Source: Gemmatimonadales bacterium (GTDB lineage Bacteria; Gemmatimonadota; Gemmatimonadetes; Gemmatimonadales; GWC2-71-9). Taken from it: DNA of 64,000 nucleotides. The DNA is taken from positions 736,001 to 800,000 of the forward strand of contig JBBCJC010000002.1 in the NCBI GenBank assembly GCA_037189525.1, written 5' to 3'. The notes below the pieces were generated by a model. That model saw only the letters and a program-made list of their open reading frames with translations, was not told the origin of the DNA and made no database searches. Each line of letters begins with the position of its first letter. Within the stretch, counting starts at the first letter, position 1. Positions 45,197 through 55,226 of this stretch are shown piece after piece. The position numbers and the translations under genes were made by a program.

Positions 45197-45712
45197 GTGG
45201 CAACCGAACTTGGCGGGATGCAGGTCACATCGCTGATGGAGGCGTTGCCGGGAATCGCATCGGTACTGCGGAATCCCGTCGCGGATGCGTTCGTCGGTTT
45301 GATCCGGGCGGGTGCCCGTCTGGGCGATTTCAAGGTCGCCGACGCGGAAGAGATCCTTCGGTACGCGGTTCGGCGCACCCTGATGACCCAGGACGAAACG
45401 GAACGGGTCCTCGCGGAAGTGCGTGAGGCAACGGAAAAGCGGGCCGAGAAGGCTGCCGAGCGGGAGCGGGGTAAGGCTGCCAAAAAGGCCGCCGCCCCGG
45501 TGGCTGAACCGAAGCGGGCCGAGCCCGTCGAGGCGCGTCGTCCGGAGCCGGCCGAGCCGAAGCGGGTCGAGAAGAAGAAGGCGGCACCCGCGCCGGCCCC
45601 CGCAGCGAAGAAAGCTGCCCCGAAAAAGGCGGCTCCTAAGCCCGCGGCAAAGAGTGCAGCCAAGGCGCCCGCCAAAGCAGCAGCCAAGCCGGCGGCAAAA
45701 AAGCGCAAGTAA
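45197..45712 (+). CDS. Protein with histone H1-like PAKK-rich C-terminal tail
   Basis: GAGGGA RBS; AKKAAPKKAAPKPAAK repeats. Confidence 0.75.
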   Translation: MATELGGMQVTSLMEALPGIASVLRNPVADAFVGLIRAGARLGDFKVADAEEILRYAVRRTLMTQDETERVLAEVREATEKRAEKAAERERGKAAKKAAAPVAEPKRAEPVEARRPEPAEPKRVEKKKAAPAPAPAAKKAAPKKAAPKPAAKSAAKAPAKAAAKPAAKKRK

Positions 45713-45716
45713 ATCC

Positions 45717-45734
45717 CGCCCGCCAAAGCGGGCG
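45717..45734. terminator. Hairpin between convergent genes
   Basis: CGCCCGC-CAAA-GCGGGCG. Confidence 0.4.
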
Positions 45735-45751
45735 ACCGAGCCGGTTCGGGG

Positions 45752-45958
45752 TCAGCCGGCTCGTTTGACGACGTTGGCGGCCTGGGCGCCCTTGGGTCCG
45801 TCGACGATGTCGAACTCGACCGGATCACCCTCGGCGAGCGAACGGAATCCGTCCATGCTGATCGCGGTATGATGGACGAAGATGTCCTTGCCGCCCTCCT
45901 GCGCGATGAAGCCGAACCCCTTCGCGTCGTTGAACCACTTGACGGTGCCTTTCGCCAT
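45752..45958 (-). CDS. cspA: Cold-shock protein (CspA family)
   Basis: [18 protein letters not shown]...DIFVHHTAI, 68 aa. Confidence 0.95.
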   Translation of the reverse strand: MAKGTVKWFNDAKGFGFIAQEGGKDIFVHHTAISMDGFRSLAEGDPVEFDIVDGPKGAQAANVVKRAG

Positions 45959-46201
45959 CGTTCCTGACCTCATCTGATGGGAGCCTGTTCGGCTCAGAGT
46001 ATCCGTCCGATCACCGTGCGATCGAACGAGCCAATCCGTCTCAGTCGGCGACCCGATGGGATGCCCCGACGGTATGCATGGACGACTGCGCCAGCCCTGC
46101 CTTCCAAATATTGTCTGGCGCGATTGCAGGTTTGTCAATAAGGTCTTAGGTGTCCGGCAGATCCCGGTAGCGGCCCACTCGACATTCACGGGGAGAACGA
46201 G

Positions 46202-48181
46202 ATGATTGCAGGGTTCCTGGCAGCGGCGATGCTGTTGCAGCAACCGCCGCGGGCCATCGCGCGGGTCCAGATCGAGCCGGCGGGGGCCGAGATCTCGATC
46301 GGCGATACCCTCAAGCTCACGGCGCGGGCGCTCGACGCGGAGGGCCGGGTCATCGACGGCGCCGTCGTCCGGTGGTTGCAGTCCGGCGGTCACTTCGAGG
46401 GCTCGGTCGATTCCACCGGCCAGGTCATCGGCGGGGCCACCGGGACGATCGTGGCCACCGCGCTGGTGCGTTCCGGAGCAAGCGAGCGACCCGTCACGGC
46501 CATTGCGCGGGTGACCGTGCTGCCCTTGCCCGTGTCCCGGATCGAGGTGGAGCCTGTTCCTACGGCCCTGGTGGTGGGGCAGAGTCTCACCCTGGCGGCG
46601 CGACCCTACGCAGCCAACGAGGATCTCCGATCCGATCCGATTGCCTGGTCGAGTGAGAATCCCGGCGTGATTCGGGTTTCGCCCTCCGGCCGGATCACGG
46701 CGGTGGCCAACGGCCGGACCTCGGTCACGGCGCGGGTGGGCTCGGTGGAGCGGGTGCTGCCGATCACGGTCGGAGCCAATCCGGTCCGCTCGCTTGCTGT
46801 GCTGCCGGCAACCGCCAAGGCCCGTACGGGAGATGTGATTCGCTTCCAGGTCCGCGCCAGCGGCGCCGCGGGCCCACTCGAGACCGCCGTGCAGCCGGAA
46901 TGGTCGATTGCGTCGGGGAACGCGCAGATCGACGCCGACGGCGCGTTCGTTGCGGACCTGCCGGGAACTTATCAGGTGTTCGCCTCGTTTGCCGGGCAGA
47001 TGGCGGAGGCGATGGTCGAGGTGGCGCCCCGGGACGCGACTCGGCCGATCAAAGTGCTGGGCCGCCTGCCGATCGGCATGATGACCACCGAGTTCTGGCT
47101 CCATCCGAACGGAAAGATCGGCTACCTGGCTACCGGCGGCCTGACCGGTGTCGGCGGCGATCGTTTGTACGCGGTCGACGTGAGCGACCCGTCCGCGCCG
47201 CGGATCACCGACTCCGTGGTGGTCGACGCGCGTATCGTCAACGACGTGATGACGACGGAAGACGGCAAATATGCGGTGATGACGCGGGAGCAGTCGTCGA
47301 GCCGGAAGAACGGGATCGTGATCCTCTCGCTCGAAGATCCGGCCCACCCCAAGCCGATTGCCGATTACACCGAAACGGTGTCCGGCGGAGTACACAGCAC
47401 TTATGTCTATCAGGGCCACGTCTATCTGACCGACGATGCGACCGGCTCGATGCGTGTCATCAGCCTGGCCGATCCGTACAAACCGCGCGAAGTGGCGCGG
47501 TGGCAGACGCCGCCGCCCGACGCGGGGCGGACGCTGCACGACATCGACGTCAAGGATGGCCTGGCCTATCTCAGCTACTGGAACGACGGTCTGGTGGTGC
47601 TGGATGTCGGCAACGGCATCAAGGGCGGGCGTCCCGACAATCCGGTCTTCGTCTCCCAGTACAAGTACGACCTGAACGCGCTCTATCGCGAGGTCGAGGC
47701 GGTCGGCGGTCCGGGGTTCATTCGCGGGACGCACACGGCGTGGCGCGCGGGCAAGTATGCCTTCGTCGCGGACGAAGTCTTTCCTGCGCAGGCAGTGGGG
47801 CAGGGTGTGCCGGGCTTCGGCCGCGCCTATGGCCGGCTGCAGGTCATCGATCTGTCGGACATCACCAAGCCGAAGAGCGTCGCTTGGTACGAATCGAAGG
47901 ATGGCGGCACCCACAACATCTGGGTGGCGGGCGATACGCTCTTTCTGGGTGACTACCAGGGCGGTTTGCGCATTCTCGATGTCGGCGGTGAGTTGAAGGG
48001 TGATCTGTTGCGGCAGGGGCGTGTGATCGGCAACGTCGTGACGGGCGACAAGGCCGGGCACATTCCGAACGTGGCCGGAACCTGGGGCGCCATCTATCGG
48101 AACGGCTACATCTACGTTCCGGATGTCAACTCCGGGCTGTGGATCGTGCAAATCGAGCCCAAACGGCAACTTACGCCCTAA
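46202..48181 (+). CDS. Ig-like (Big_2) domain + LVIVD-repeat exported protein
   Basis: [23 protein letters not shown]; repeated LYAVDVSDP / LVVLDV / LQVIDLSD. Confidence 0.85.
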   Translation: MIAGFLAAAMLLQQPPRAIARVQIEPAGAEISIGDTLKLTARALDAEGRVIDGAVVRWLQSGGHFEGSVDSTGQVIGGATGTIVATALVRSGASERPVTAIARVTVLPLPVSRIEVEPVPTALVVGQSLTLAARPYAANEDLRSDPIAWSSENPGVIRVSPSGRITAVANGRTSVTARVGSVERVLPITVGANPVRSLAVLPATAKARTGDVIRFQVRASGAAGPLETAVQPEWSIASGNAQIDADGAFVADLPGTYQVFASFAGQMAEAMVEVAPRDATRPIKVLGRLPIGMMTTEFWLHPNGKIGYLATGGLTGVGGDRLYAVDVSDPSAPRITDSVVVDARIVNDVMTTEDGKYAVMTREQSSSRKNGIVILSLEDPAHPKPIADYTETVSGGVHSTYVYQGHVYLTDDATGSMRVISLADPYKPREVARWQTPPPDAGRTLHDIDVKDGLAYLSYWNDGLVVLDVGNGIKGGRPDNPVFVSQYKYDLNALYREVEAVGGPGFIRGTHTAWRAGKYAFVADEVFPAQAVGQGVPGFGRAYGRLQVIDLSDITKPKSVAWYESKDGGTHNIWVAGDTLFLGDYQGGLRILDVGGELKGDLLRQGRVIGNVVTGDKAGHIPNVAGTWGAIYRNGYIYVPDVNSGLWIVQIEPKRQLTP

Positions 48182-48205
48182 CGACCGATCCGATATCTTG
48201 AACTG

Positions 48206-48820
48206 ATGTCGACCACCCCGACGAGCCTCGTGATCCGCACCTTTTCCGATCGCGCCGAGAGCCTTGCGCATTTTCTGCTGCAGGCCGGCGAAGCGCCGCG
48301 GATCATCGCGTTCGACGATGCTGCGGGGTGTCCGGTCGATAGCGCCCTGGCGGCGCTCGAGTGGACCGGCGCGGTCGGCATCCTGCAAGACGATGACATG
48401 ATCCAGGCCGTCCGGCTGACCAGCGAGACGGCCGCTGCCGTGGTCGAGCGGAAGGTCCCGGACGGGCGGCAGTACGTCTATCTCGGTCCTCGCCTCGATG
48501 CGCCGCCGATGGACGTGTTCGAAGGTCGGGTCCTCTTCGATGAGCCCGGAGTCAAAGCGGTCGAGTTCTCTCAGCGAGCCCACGCGTTGGCCCACTTTCT
48601 CCGGGCCACGTCGGGGGTGGGGGCGCTGCTGGCCCTGTTGGGGCGCCGCGCGCCGGAAGTACGTCACATCCGGCGCTGGTTCCGGGCCATCGTGGAGCAG
48701 CTCGACGGACAGCGGATGCTGGTCGGGGGCTGGTTTGCGGCCGGGGCGGCCGGCGCGGTATTCAGTTCGATGGATCCGGTGCCCGATTATCGGTACATCG
48801 AGGTCGGCCTCGACGGCTGA
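48206..48820 (+). CDS. Hypothetical protein with internal duplication
   Basis: [12 protein letters not shown] / [12 protein letters not shown] repeat. Confidence 0.7.
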   Translation: MSTTPTSLVIRTFSDRAESLAHFLLQAGEAPRIIAFDDAAGCPVDSALAALEWTGAVGILQDDDMIQAVRLTSETAAAVVERKVPDGRQYVYLGPRLDAPPMDVFEGRVLFDEPGVKAVEFSQRAHALAHFLRATSGVGALLALLGRRAPEVRHIRRWFRAIVEQLDGQRMLVGGWFAAGAAGAVFSSMDPVPDYRYIEVGLDG

Positions 48821-49051
48821 CTTATCCCCATTCTTTCCATCCACATTTTCCACACGGGACGAGCAGCGCCTTAAGCGCATGTCCTATCGCGTCATCAGAC
48901 CCACATCCCGATCCACACCGATCGCGTAACCCGAAGAAATAAAGGCACTTGCGAGTTTTTGGGGCGTTTGCAACCTTGCAGATGTCTCCGATAGGGTCAT
49001 TTCTGATGGCTTTATTGTGAGCGACTTTCGTCGAACGTCGGGGGAGTGCTG

Positions 49052-49400
49052 GCGGGGTTCTGCTGAATCCGCAGTCACGTTGAGTCCGGTGATCACGTCG
49101 GCGAAAGCGGTGGAGCCAGTCGCGTGCTCCACCCACTCCGATCTGGCGCCTCGGGGTGCAGTGCGAAGGGTCGGTCCGCGACCCGATCCGACTCGCAGCG
49201 CCTGGATGAGTGAACCGGCGAAGATGGCCATCTGCGTCGGGAATCGTCCCACCGGGCCCTGGCATGCCCTACCGAAGGCGGATCAGCCTTCCGGCGGCAT
49301 CTGGGAGAAGAACGAGGCGCCTGGCGCTTCGACCGGGTGGGAGCTCGTCTGACGAACGGCCGCGACAGGTCTCCGGACTTGTGCGGCCGTTCGGCTTTTT
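49052..49400 (+). ncRNA. Candidate structured non-coding RNA or leader
   Basis: Several complementary stems, two long-range closing helices and a terminal terminator hairpin in a ~720-nt intergenic gap. Confidence 0.4.
49353..49400 (+). terminator. Intrinsic terminator-like hairpin
   Basis: CGAACGGCCGC...GCGGCCGTTCG (11 bp) followed by GCTTTTT. Confidence 0.65.
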
Positions 49401-49538
49401 CAGGAGGTAGGCGTACAAGATCGCTTCGGTCGGACGTCCCCTTCCCGGAGTGGGCGAAATGCCGCCCGCGGGGGTGGCCATGCGGGCCCGGTGTCGATCC
49501 CCGTGCAAGTAAGTTCCGCTTATTGTCGAGGTGATGAC

Positions 49539-49937
49539 ATGACGACCTCCGTATTCACGACCGGCCGTACCCTGAACGTTGTAATTGCGAGTGACCGAGA
49601 AGCCTTCACCCGCGACCTGGCGGAATCACTGCGAGCCCACGGTCACAACCCGATCGTCCAGGATTCCGGCGGTTCGGCGCTGGACGCGCTGAGCTCCGGG
49701 GCCGATGCGATTCTGGTCGACACCAACCTTCCCGGCGTCGACTGGGAGCAGGTTCGGAGCGCACTCGGCGCCAGCCGCACCAGCGTTCCGGAACCGATCG
49801 ATGCGATCGAGCGTCGCCACATTGCCGCGACGCTCCGGTTCACCGGCGGGAATCGCCGTAACGCCGCGCAGCTCCTGGGGATTGCCCGTTCGACCCTGCT
49901 GGCCAAGATCCGTAAGTACGGTCTCGACCGCGAATAA
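49539..49937 (+). CDS. Small degenerate receiver + Fis-type HTH regulator
   Basis: GAGGTGA RBS; DAILVD; ERRHI...GNRRNAAQLLGIARSTLLAKIRKYGL. Confidence 0.85.
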   Translation: MTTSVFTTGRTLNVVIASDREAFTRDLAESLRAHGHNPIVQDSGGSALDALSSGADAILVDTNLPGVDWEQVRSALGASRTSVPEPIDAIERRHIAATLRFTGGNRRNAAQLLGIARSTLLAKIRKYGLDRE

Positions 49938-49946
49938 ACCAACCCG

Positions 49947-49973
49947 CCGGCGGTTCCGTCATGGGGCCGCCGG
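49947..49973. terminator. Hairpin between convergent genes
   Basis: CCGGCGG...CCGCCGG inverted repeat. Confidence 0.35.
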
Positions 49974-49974
49974 T

Positions 49975-50406
49975 TCATTCCACCCGCAGCCGGCCGAGTC
50001 GCGAGACGACGACGGTCCGCTGGATGGTGCCGCGCTGCAGCCGATGGGTCACATTGGCGAGCCCTAGAGACAGTCCGCTCGGTCCGTAGGTCAGTGCGTG
50101 CATCGCGGGACTCGAGGTCACGGCCATCGTTCCGGGGCCTTGCCGCCGGTGGATTGGGGGCTGATCCGGGCGGGCCGGATCTCTGACGACGATCGAGTCG
50201 GCCGTCACGAGGACCTCGATCTGGCGGCTCAGGGCCTCTGCCGCCGATCGGCCGATCCGATAGGCATCCAGAATCGCAGCCTGGGCCAGCGTCACCTGCG
50301 CGCGGTCCGCCTGCCGGCTTGCGCCGGTTACGACCATCCCTGCCAGGATCCCCGCCGTACTCAAGGTGACGAGCGTTTCGAGCAGCGTCATCAGTCGACC
50401 TCCCAT
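49975..50406 (-). CDS. GspH/FimT-like pseudopilin
   Basis: MTLLETLVTL.. prepilin-like helix; C-terminal VVSRLGRLRVE. Confidence 0.7.
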   Translation of the reverse strand: MGGRLMTLLETLVTLSTAGILAGMVVTGASRQADRAQVTLAQAAILDAYRIGRSAAEALSRQIEVLVTADSIVVRDPARPDQPPIHRRQGPGTMAVTSSPAMHALTYGPSGLSLGLANVTHRLQRGTIQRTVVVSRLGRLRVE

Positions 50407-50585
50407 CGGTTGGAAGCCCAAGATGGCACAGCTCGGCGGACCCCAGCGTACCCTTCCAACGCATGAGCCGCCCGGCCGACGCAATATCCCGAAACCCTGG
50501 CGCTCCGCCCTCAGCAGTCCATCTTTAGCATACGGTCCCATCCGGGGGTCGGTCGGACACGTATAGCGAGGGGGCGCAACGGGCC

Positions 50586-51152
50586 ATGGGCTTGATAATC
50601 TTCGCGGTGGTAGTGGTCGTGATCGTCTTCTGGGTGATCGGGGCGTACAACCAGCTCATCGCGCTCAAGAATCGGGTGCTGAACGCCTGGAAGCAGATCG
50701 ACGTGCAACTCAAACGCCGGCACGATCTGATCCCCAACCTGGTCGAGACAGTGCGGGGCGCGATGAGCTTCGAGCGCGAAACGCTCGAGGCGGTCATTGC
50801 CGCGCGCAACAGCGCCGTGCAGGCCCACGGCGTCGGGGCCACCGCCAAGGCGGAGGGCGAGTTGACACAGGCGTTGGGTCGGCTCTTTGCGTTGAGTGAG
50901 AACTATCCCGATCTCAAGGCCACCACCAACGTGGGGCAGTTGCAGGAAGAGTTGGCCAGCACCGAAAACAAGATTGCGTTTGCCCGGCAGTTGTACAACG
51001 ACGAGGCGACGCTCTACAACACCAAGCAGGATCAGTTTCCCACCAATCTGGTGGCCGGGCTCGCCAAGGCCTCGCCGGCGGAACTCTGGGAAATCGAGGA
51101 CGCCGCCGAACGCGCTGTGCCCAAGGTCGATCTCGGCTTCAAGAAACCGTAA
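50586..51152 (+). CDS. lemA: LemA family protein
   Basis: AWKQIDVQLKRRHDLIPNLVE; ENYPDLK; ENKIAFARQLYN. Confidence 0.95.
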   Translation: MGLIIFAVVVVVIVFWVIGAYNQLIALKNRVLNAWKQIDVQLKRRHDLIPNLVETVRGAMSFERETLEAVIAARNSAVQAHGVGATAKAEGELTQALGRLFALSENYPDLKATTNVGQLQEELASTENKIAFARQLYNDEATLYNTKQDQFPTNLVAGLAKASPAELWEIEDAAERAVPKVDLGFKKP

Positions 51153-51158
51153 GGTGGC

Positions 51159-52181
51159 GTGACCGACCGCAACCTGTTCGAGCAGCAGGCGCACAACAAA
51201 CGTCGTTCGGCCTGGCTCACGGCGGGGTTCATCCTGTTCACCGCCTGGGTCGGGTTCGGCGGCGACCTCGGTTTCTATCTCCTCACGCGCGATGCGGGTC
51301 CCGAAGGGTATCGCCACGTCGTCCCGGTCATCGGCCTGGTCGCCTCGGTGATTGCGGGCGGCATCGCACTCTTTTCCTGGAAACGTGGTGCGCAGCAGGT
51401 GCTCGCGGCGTCCAAAGCCCGCGAAGTGATCGATCCGACCACGCTCGAAGAACGCCAGCTGGTCAACATCGTCGAGGAGATGGCCATCGCGTCCGGGGTG
51501 CCCAAGCCCCGGGTCTGGATCGTGCCCGACACCGATCCCAACGCCTTTGCCACCGGTCCCGATCCGGAACACGCGCACGTCGCGGTCACGGCTGGCTTGC
51601 TGCGGATGCTCAACCGCGACGAGTTGCAGGGCGTCGTGGCGCACGAGATGGCCCATGTGCGCAACTACGATATCCGGCTGATGACTCTCCTGGCCGGCAT
51701 GATCGGCGCCATCGTCCTCCTGTCCGACATCATGCGAAACTTCCTCCGCTTTGGCGGCGGGCGCCGGAGTGACTCGCGGGGCGGGAAGAAGGACGCCAAT
51801 CCGCTGGCGCTCCTGGTCCTGGGACTCTGGCTCATCAGTTTGATCCTGGCCCCGATCGTGACTCGGCTGCTGGCGATGTCGATCAGCCGGAAGCGCGAGT
51901 TCCTGGCCGATGCTACCGGCGCCCAGTTCACCCGGAATCCGTCGGCGCTGGCGAGCGCGCTTGCCAAGCTGGATGGCGCGGGCGAGCCGACCCGCTTCAT
52001 TGCCCGGGGCGCGGCACACATGTGCATCGTCGATCCGGCCGAGCGGCGCCTGGCCGGTAAGAGCGGCTTCCTCGGCATGATGGCGTCGCATCCGCCGATC
52101 GGGGAGCGGATCGAACGACTGCAGGCCATGGCCTTCATCGGCCCCGACCGGTCGCCCGATGCCCAGCTACCAACCGCCTGA
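51159..52181 (+). CDS. htpX: HtpX-like M48 zinc metalloprotease
   Basis: PNAFATG, HEMAH, SRKREFLAD, SHPP; follows lemA. Confidence 0.9.
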   Translation: MTDRNLFEQQAHNKRRSAWLTAGFILFTAWVGFGGDLGFYLLTRDAGPEGYRHVVPVIGLVASVIAGGIALFSWKRGAQQVLAASKAREVIDPTTLEERQLVNIVEEMAIASGVPKPRVWIVPDTDPNAFATGPDPEHAHVAVTAGLLRMLNRDELQGVVAHEMAHVRNYDIRLMTLLAGMIGAIVLLSDIMRNFLRFGGGRRSDSRGGKKDANPLALLVLGLWLISLILAPIVTRLLAMSISRKREFLADATGAQFTRNPSALASALAKLDGAGEPTRFIARGAAHMCIVDPAERRLAGKSGFLGMMASHPPIGERIERLQAMAFIGPDRSPDAQLPTA

Positions 52182-52198
52182 TTTTTTCGCGAGCGTGC

Positions 52199-52999
52199 TC
52201 AGGACCGGGGCGGCAGCTTGAATTCGGTGTACCGTCCGAACGATCGAAACCCGAGCCGGTGATAAAGAGATTCCGCGCCAGGCGCCGCCTGGAGGATGCC
52301 GATCGCGATTCCATCCCGCCTCGCGTCCTCCAGCGGCGACGTGACGAGGTGTGATCCGATTCCGCGGCCCCGGTGGGCAGCGGCCGTTCCGACGTTGTAG
52401 AGTCCGGCCACCTTGCCGCCAATCGTCACTTCCGCGGTACCGACCGCCTCATCTCCGTCCCAGGCCAGATACAGACGCAGGGGGCAACCGGGTGCGAGCA
52501 ACAGGTCGGCTGCGGCGTGGTAGAACCCGAGCACCGATTGGTCCGGAGGATCCCAGTTGGCGGCAAGCACGGCCGCAAAGCGTCGCAATTCCTCCACGGT
52601 GCCGACCCGGGCAATCCGAAGTGCGCCGCCCAATGGCGCGCGCTGCGCAGCAACCTCTTCCAGATCGGCGGCCATGGCCGCTTCGGATTCCGCGGCCACG
52701 AGACCTGCCTCAGTCAGCCGGCGATCGAGATCGGCGGGTTGATCTCCCGGACTCAGCCACCAGGAAAACGGACGATTCGCGGCGCCGAAATGATCGAGGA
52801 CGGCCGCGATTCGATCGGCCGCCAGGTCCGGAGCGAGCCGGGTGTGACAGACGGTGTTGAAGGTGTCGCAGGGAAGGCCCGAGTCGGCGAGCTGGAGGCC
52901 CAAGTCGTCCTGGCACGTCATGCCGGGCAGCTGACGCTGGATCCAGCCGCTGTGGAGCGCCAGGTTCCGGTCGGCGCGGTCGAGCAGACTGGCCGGCAC
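52199..52999 (-). CDS. GNAT N-acetyltransferase
   Basis: VGTAAAHRGRGIG; LYHRLGF; start inferred at GTG 52999. Confidence 0.85.
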   Translation of the reverse strand: MPASLLDRADRNLALHSGWIQRQLPGMTCQDDLGLQLADSGLPCDTFNTVCHTRLAPDLAADRIAAVLDHFGAANRPFSWWLSPGDQPADLDRRLTEAGLVAAESEAAMAADLEEVAAQRAPLGGALRIARVGTVEELRRFAAVLAANWDPPDQSVLGFYHAAADLLLAPGCPLRLYLAWDGDEAVGTAEVTIGGKVAGLYNVGTAAAHRGRGIGSHLVTSPLEDARRDGIAIGILQAAPGAESLYHRLGFRSFGRYTEFKLPPRS

Positions 53000-53003
53000 G
53001 GCG

Positions 53004-54056
53004 CTAGAGCCGTTCGCCGACCGCCGCGAGGAGTTCATCGGCCAGCGTGGCGGGGTCGAAGGGCACCGAGACGACGCGGTCGGCGCCGGCGGCCCGGGCC
53101 CCGGTCGTGATCCCGTCGACCAGTGCCACCAGCGCATAGAGCCGATTGCGATCGGGGACGAAGCCGCCGAGCGCAGCTTTCGGATCCGAGGTGCCGGGTG
53201 CGGACAGTACGACGAGCGCCGTGTCGACCCGGTTGGCGTGCGAGGCCAGCTCGCTCGGTGAGCTGACCCGGTCGACCGTGAACCCGGTATGGCGGAGGAG
53301 CAGAGCCGCCAGCCGCGCCGTGTCTTCGTGGGTAATCCAGACCAGGGCTCGCCCGCGGTGCTGGATCACCGGCTGGTGGCCGATGGCCAGGTTGATCATG
53401 CGCAGCCCGACCTGATAATCGGCGCTGCTGGCTTGCCGGAGATCGCCGGCCTTCTTGATGATATCGCGGATGCGCAGCAGGCTGTCGCGAACCGACTCGA
53501 GCGCGCTCCGGTGATCCGAATCGAGATGGCGATCGGTAAGCAACAGCTCGACCTCGGCCGATGCGCTCATCAGCGGATTATTGATCTCGTGATGCAGCGT
53601 CACCGTCATCTCGCCGATGGCGGCGAGCCGCTCGGCGCGGACCAGCTCCTGTTCGACCGCGGTCTGCGCGGCCGTCAGGGCGCGCCGGCGCCGGACCCGC
53701 TCGACGATCTGGGGCAGCAATTCGCGCAGGTTGCCGTCTTTGACCAGATAGTCTTCCGCTCCGGCGCGTAGCGCGGCCGCGGCCAGCGTCTCGCTGCCTT
53801 CACCGGTTACCATCACGACCGAGGGCGGGTCCGGCCGGGCAACCAGGCGCGGCAGCAGGTCGATCCCGGTCCCGTCCGGCAGCTGGTAGTCGAGCAGGAT
53901 GATATCGGCGTCGCTACAGGCCGCGAGGGCTTCGGCGCCGGAATTGACGACGGTCACGTCCTCATAGCCGGCGGCGCTGAGCAGTCGGCGTACAAGGTGG
54001 ACCATGCTCGCGTCGTCGTCGACGACGAGTAATCGGGGTCTGGCGGGATCAGGCAC
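53004..54056 (-). CDS. Receiver + HisKA dimerisation domain + degenerate receiver
   Basis: LLVVDD, LLDYQLPD, HEINNPL; no HATPase motifs seen. Confidence 0.85.
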   Translation of the reverse strand: MPDPARPRLLVVDDDASMVHLVRRLLSAAGYEDVTVVNSGAEALAACSDADIILLDYQLPDGTGIDLLPRLVARPDPPSVVMVTGEGSETLAAAALRAGAEDYLVKDGNLRELLPQIVERVRRRRALTAAQTAVEQELVRAERLAAIGEMTVTLHHEINNPLMSASAEVELLLTDRHLDSDHRSALESVRDSLLRIRDIIKKAGDLRQASSADYQVGLRMINLAIGHQPVIQHRGRALVWITHEDTARLAALLLRHTGFTVDRVSSPSELASHANRVDTALVVLSAPGTSDPKAALGGFVPDRNRLYALVALVDGITTGARAAGADRVVSVPFDPATLADELLAAVGERL

Positions 54057-55143
54057 GCGCGTCGTCGAGGAAAATGAGGGCCTCGCGACGCGCTACGACG
54101 GATTGGAGCGCCCGGTGGACGCGCGGATCGATGACGGTCCCGACGAGGTCGCGCAGCCGCTCGATGGCCAACTCGGGCACCATCTTTTCCTGATAGGGCC
54201 GGGACGTCGTCAGGGCATCGTAGATCTCGACCGCGCCGATGATCCGCGCGCCGGCGGGGATCTCGTCGCCGGCGAGTCCGTCCGGGTAGCCCTTGCCGTC
54301 CCAGCGTTCATGGTGGCTGCGCACCACGTCGATGATCTGCTTCAAATGCGCGAGCGGGGCCAGGATCTGTGATCCGGTGACCGTGTGATTCTTGACGTGC
54401 TCGAACTCTTCGTCGGTGAGGGGGCCCTGCTTGTTGAGGATCTCCTCACGGATTCCGATTTTACCGATGTCGTGGAGGCGTCCGGCGGTCCGGACCAGCT
54501 CGACGCCCTCCTCGTCCATCCCCATCTCGGCGGCCACCGTTGCCGCCATGTCGGCCACCCGCGCCGAGTGGCCGCGGAGGTACGGGTCCTTCGCTTCGAG
54601 CGCGTTGACGAGCGCTTCGAGCGTAGCCACCGAGATCCGCTCCAGGTTGGCGCGCTCCATCCGCAGCTCGGCGGTCCGGATCGCCACCTCTTCCTTGAGC
54701 CAGTGATTGATCTGCTGGCTCTCGATCATGGTATCGCGGCGGCGGAGCGCGCGATGGATGGCGCGGAGCAGGTCGGTCAGGTCGACGGGCTTGGTGAGGT
54801 AGTCCATCGCGCCGCGCTGCATGCAGAGCGCGGCGCTGGCGGCGTCGTTGACCGCGGTGAGCATCAGGATGGCGGCGTTGGGCTCGATTTCGAGGACCTG
54901 CGGCACCAGGTCGATCCCGTTGGCATCCGGCATCCGCACATCGAGCAGCACGCAGGCGATTTTCTGCCGGTGAAGCGCGTCGATCGCTTCGCTACCGGAC
55001 GCAGCCGTCGAAACCTCGTATCCCTGTTGCGTCAGGAAACGCTTGAGGGCGTTCCGGATCGGTTCCTCGTCGTCGACGACGAGGACCGTGACCGGGCCTT
55101 TGGGCGTGCTGGCAAACTGGTACGGTGCGGCGGCTTGTTCCAC
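54049..55143 (-). CDS. Response regulator with HD-GYP c-di-GMP phosphodiesterase domain
   Basis: VLVVDDE, LLDVRMP, LHDIGKIG, HHERWDGKGYP; GGGAG RBS before GTG 55143. Confidence 0.9.
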   Translation of the reverse strand: MEQAAAPYQFASTPKGPVTVLVVDDEEPIRNALKRFLTQQGYEVSTAASGSEAIDALHRQKIACVLLDVRMPDANGIDLVPQVLEIEPNAAILMLTAVNDAASAALCMQRGAMDYLTKPVDLTDLLRAIHRALRRRDTMIESQQINHWLKEEVAIRTAELRMERANLERISVATLEALVNALEAKDPYLRGHSARVADMAATVAAEMGMDEEGVELVRTAGRLHDIGKIGIREEILNKQGPLTDEEFEHVKNHTVTGSQILAPLAHLKQIIDVVRSHHERWDGKGYPDGLAGDEIPAGARIIGAVEIYDALTTSRPYQEKMVPELAIERLRDLVGTVIDPRVHRALQSVVARREALIFLDDARA

Positions 55144-55226
55144 GAGACGATAGTCTCCCGAGTGTGCCCGTCGTGGATGAATCTGTGACAGTGACCACGG
55201 GCGGGCAAGGTCCACCGCCTGGTCTG

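Noticed and set aside
45959..48880. Apparent 1042-aa ORF ending in a cold-shock domain
   Set aside because: Only the last 68 codons (from ATG 45958) are Csp; the rest is antisense to two real plus-strand genes
49061..49200. c-di-AMP (ydaO) riboswitch call
   Set aside because: Only GCTGAATCC matches; the other conserved blocks are not clearly present, so it is left as an unassigned structured RNA
50380..50406. Pilin lacking Gly at -1 as a novel processing signal
   Set aside because: Start codon uncertain and single degenerate pseudopilins are common; insufficient evidence
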